Shown here: positions 61,196 to 64,000 of the stretch, one piece after another
Layout of the letters: each line of letters opens with the position of its first letter
How positions within the stretch are numbered: the stretch's first letter is position 1
NCBI GenBank assembly: GCA_000708835.1
Contig: DF237146.1
Location: 85,127-149,126, forward strand
Length of the DNA: 64,000 nt
Direction: 5' to 3'
From: Klebsormidium nitens
Taxonomy: Eukaryota; Plantae; Klebsormidiophyceae
Translations under genes and position numbers: made by a program
The notes under the pieces: generated by a model
What the model saw: only the letters and a program-made list of their open reading frames with translations
The model's database searches: none
Told to the model about the DNA's origin: nothing

Positions 61196-63734
61196 ATGGC
61201 AAGAGGCCGCCCTCATGGCCGGTCCAAGTCTGACCACAAAGTTTGTCAGGCAGCTCGACATGCGCGAGCTGCTGAGTACAGGGAGAGGATCGCCATCAGT
61301 GCTGAGCAGCAGGAGGCGCGGATTGCGGCGGTTAACGCAGAGTGCAACGTGGAGGATGCCCCTCGTAGGCGGCGGGGCCAGACGTCTAAGGATCCAAAGA
61401 CCAAGGCATCAGCTGCTCGGGTGTCAGCACATGGCCATTCTTCCAAGGCAACTAGCTGTGGGAAAAAGAAAGCAAACAAGCGACTGGAACATGCGCATGG
61501 CAAAGCTGCACAAAGAGGTGAGTTTCTGGTGCATGGCTTCTGGGTTGAATGCCGTGAGTTATGAAGCAGACGCAAAACAGAAGCTGGGAAGTGCTGGTGT
61601 GTAAGTTAGAAAGGGGACGGGTGGGTTGGCCTGCATTGTGTACCAAGAAGAGCATATCTGATTAGATAATGGAAGGAACGAAGTTGGTACACACTACTTT
61701 TGGTAGTGCGGTCAGAATGGTAAAGGGTGGCTGACTTCGCAGTTACTCATAAGATTCGGTGTCTTAGCGGGCATGTTTGTCCCTGGGGCGTACCAGACTT
61801 TGCCTCTTTTTCTTTAGAACATAAGAAGCTAATTCTGGTACATGCTGTCAATCACAAAAGCTCCAAGCAATCTTAGCGGGCATGGCCGTCCCTGGGACGT
61901 ACCAGACTTTGCCTCTTTCTCTTTAGAACGTAAGAGGCTGATTCTTGGTACATGCTGTCAATCACAAAGCTCCAGGCAATCTTAGCTTGCATGGCCGTCC
62001 TCGCAGTGTACCAGACTTTGCCTCTTTCTCTTTGGAACATAAGAGGCTGATCCGTACCAGACTTTGCCTCTTTCTCTTTAGAACATAAGAAGCTGATTCT
62101 GGTACATGCTGTCAATCACAAAGCTCCAAGCAATCTTAGCGGGCATGGCCGTCCTTGGGACGTACCAAGATCAGCCTCTTTCTCTTTAGAACATAAGAAG
62201 CTCACTCTTGGTACATGCTGTCAATCACAAAGTTCTGAGCAATCTTAGCGGGCATGGCCGTCCTTGCAGTGTACCAAGGTCCGCCTCTTTCTATTCAGAA
62301 TATAAAAGGCTGATTCTTGGTACGCGCTGGCAATTACAAACCTCCAACCTCACTGCCAGAAGAAAGAGACCTGACTGCAAAAGGCAGGGGCGCTCACCAA
62401 GGCTTGCATACATTTCCAAGTTTAGACTCTGGGTCCATTGCCCAACCTCTGCGCTTCTTAATTGCAGATTTGCACAGTCTTCACTGCTACGCATGCGGCG
62501 CCTCTGCAGAGTTTGGGCTGAGGGGAAGCAAGGAGGGGGGCAGCGTCAAGTACTCGTGCAGAGTGCACACCACGTCCAATGGTTGCTTTCGAGTCGACCG
62601 AGACCGCGCAGGTGAGACACTCGGGTAGCCTGCTGTTGACATGGTGTAAAGTTCGTGCAACGCTCATGTTTGCTCTCCCATTGTCAGCAATGAGCATTTA
62701 GAAAGACTGTCAAGAGATTTACATGCTCTGTATTGTCCTGCAGCATGGGTAGAGGACCAAGAGATGCGCCGCCTGAGAGCGCAGGAAAGGAGATTAAAAG
62801 AAGAGCTGCGAAACCTGGGAGGGACTTCGTATGCCGCGGAACCAGCGGCAGGTGAACGTGCAGTGCTGGTTGAGCCGGTCTAAAATCGTTTGCTCTTGTC
62901 AAAGTGGGGGCAGCGACTTCCCTTCTATGCCTTTGGTGCGTCGTGATCATCCTTTTATTCACTGATACGTGATGCTTCTGTTATTACAGAGCAACCCAGC
63001 GCTCCACCATGTGCTTCCGCACCTTGGAGTGAGTTCCAGAGTACAAGGGATTGTGTTTCGATGCCAATGAGCCGATCGCTCATAGGTAAGGCACTCTTAT
63101 TGCAGCTTTGATTGCAGCGCCGAATCCGCAATCACTATCAGAGCAGTTGGCCTGAAGATGCAGACACTTGAAGAGCACTTGGCTTGTCCCACTATATGAC
63201 AATTCGCTTGTCGTGCATGAGGATCCGCTGATCTCTTTGGACAAGGCCAGCTAGGTGCATCTAGTCTGAATGTGTTGTCCTCACATGCAGTTACTCTCCT
63301 AATGATTGGTGCCATAGAGAGCAATCCTGGACCGCCCTTGCCCTCAGAATTGGAAGAGGTGAGCCTGGCAAGGGGGATGCTGCAGTGCAGGGTGGGACCA
63401 GCACCGGTTGTGCTTGAGCATGAATTAGCAACATTGTGTCTTTTCTCAGTGTCCGTGGTACAAAAGGAGAGGGGCTACAGATCTGTTGTGCTGATCTCCT
63501 TTCTCTCTCTACCACAGATTGCAAATTGCAAAAGGAGTTGGCAGGAAGCTGACCCGCACATCAGCTCCACGCTGCTGGCTCACCTGGCACAGCAGAAGGT
63601 CAACTTCGCACACTGGGAAAGATCGTCTCGTGAAGACCGCTTGGAAGACATACGCGAACTGAAGAAGGCGTTTGAGGCAGAGGACGGAGGCAGATGGGCA
63701 CCGGGCTGGACTACGTTCCTTAGAGAGGCTCGGG
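61196..63734 (+). CDS. Unknown spliced gene, incomplete at the 3' end, containing a 2A-like motif
   Basis: Six GT-AG exons with matching phases and no stops: 61196-61517, 62510-62611, 62744-62851, 62990-63085, 63291-63358, 63518-63734. Confidence 0.7.
61763..62345. repeat. About 109-bp tandem minisatellite (about 5.5 diverged copies) in intron 1 of the 61196 gene
   Basis: Unit cttagcgggcatggccgtcc...gtaccagactttgcctctttctctttagaacataagaagctgattctggtacatgctgtcaatcacaaagctccaagcaat; copies start at about 61763, 61872, 61981, 62054 (partial), 62135 and 62244. Confidence 0.95.
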
Positions 63735-64000
63735 GTAAGCAGGTTCTTCTGTTTGATGAGTAGGCTAGCTACGATGCGGCCTATTTGAATGTTAGGATCA
63801 GAGGTTGTGGTAGATCTGGAACGAAGGAGCAGGAGCTAAGTGGTGTTGTTTAGCATGTAGCGGCGGGAAAGCTTGGAAAAGATGGCATGAGAGGGGACTC
63901 TGCTGATTTGGATGGTGTTGCCGGCCTTTTTGCAAGGGGATACAGTTGCTTCTTCATTAATTCTGCGGAGGACACTGGTGCATGCTAGGCATGGTGTGTT

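Noticed and set aside
61763-62345. Repeat array as CRISPR or as a coding repeat
   Set aside because: No spacers, eukaryotic context, stops in the unit, and it lies within a GT-AG intron.
1-64000. tRNA, rRNA or other structured ncRNA genes
   Set aside because: None recognised by eye; tRNAscan-SE or Infernal would be needed to exclude them.

Overview
Eukaryotic nuclear DNA with GT-AG introns and two assembly gaps (156-565, 49907-49986). Gene structure and land-plant-like proteins suggest a streptophyte green alga such as Klebsormidium (inference). The conventional spliced genes are: a partial Pro-rich gene; an LRR protein (-); a 15-exon purple acid phosphatase with all five metal-ligand motifs; a multi-pass membrane protein broken by a 14-nt duplication; a NUP42/CG1-type CCCH-FG nucleoporin; and an unknown spliced gene (61196 to beyond 63734) carrying a 2A-like motif, LLMIGAIESNPGP. 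From about 19.7 to 60.5 kb there is a birth-and-death array of 12 intronless F-box-like paralogs (called A-L here; 4 intact, 8 disrupted) plus two short stubs. Embedded in the array is a degenerate DIRS-like tyrosine-recombinase retrotransposon (gag, RT-RNaseH-Dam-like methylase, antisense YR) and a short derivative carrying both of its termini. The most striking observation is that paralog B is cut in two, with the halves 30 kb apart, each abutting a different element terminus, and they rejoin seamlessly. This implies an element-mediated inversion of about 21 kb plus a second inversion of about 3.7 kb that appears to place the retroelement end directly upstream of NUP42. No rRNA, tRNA or CRISPR array was recognised.
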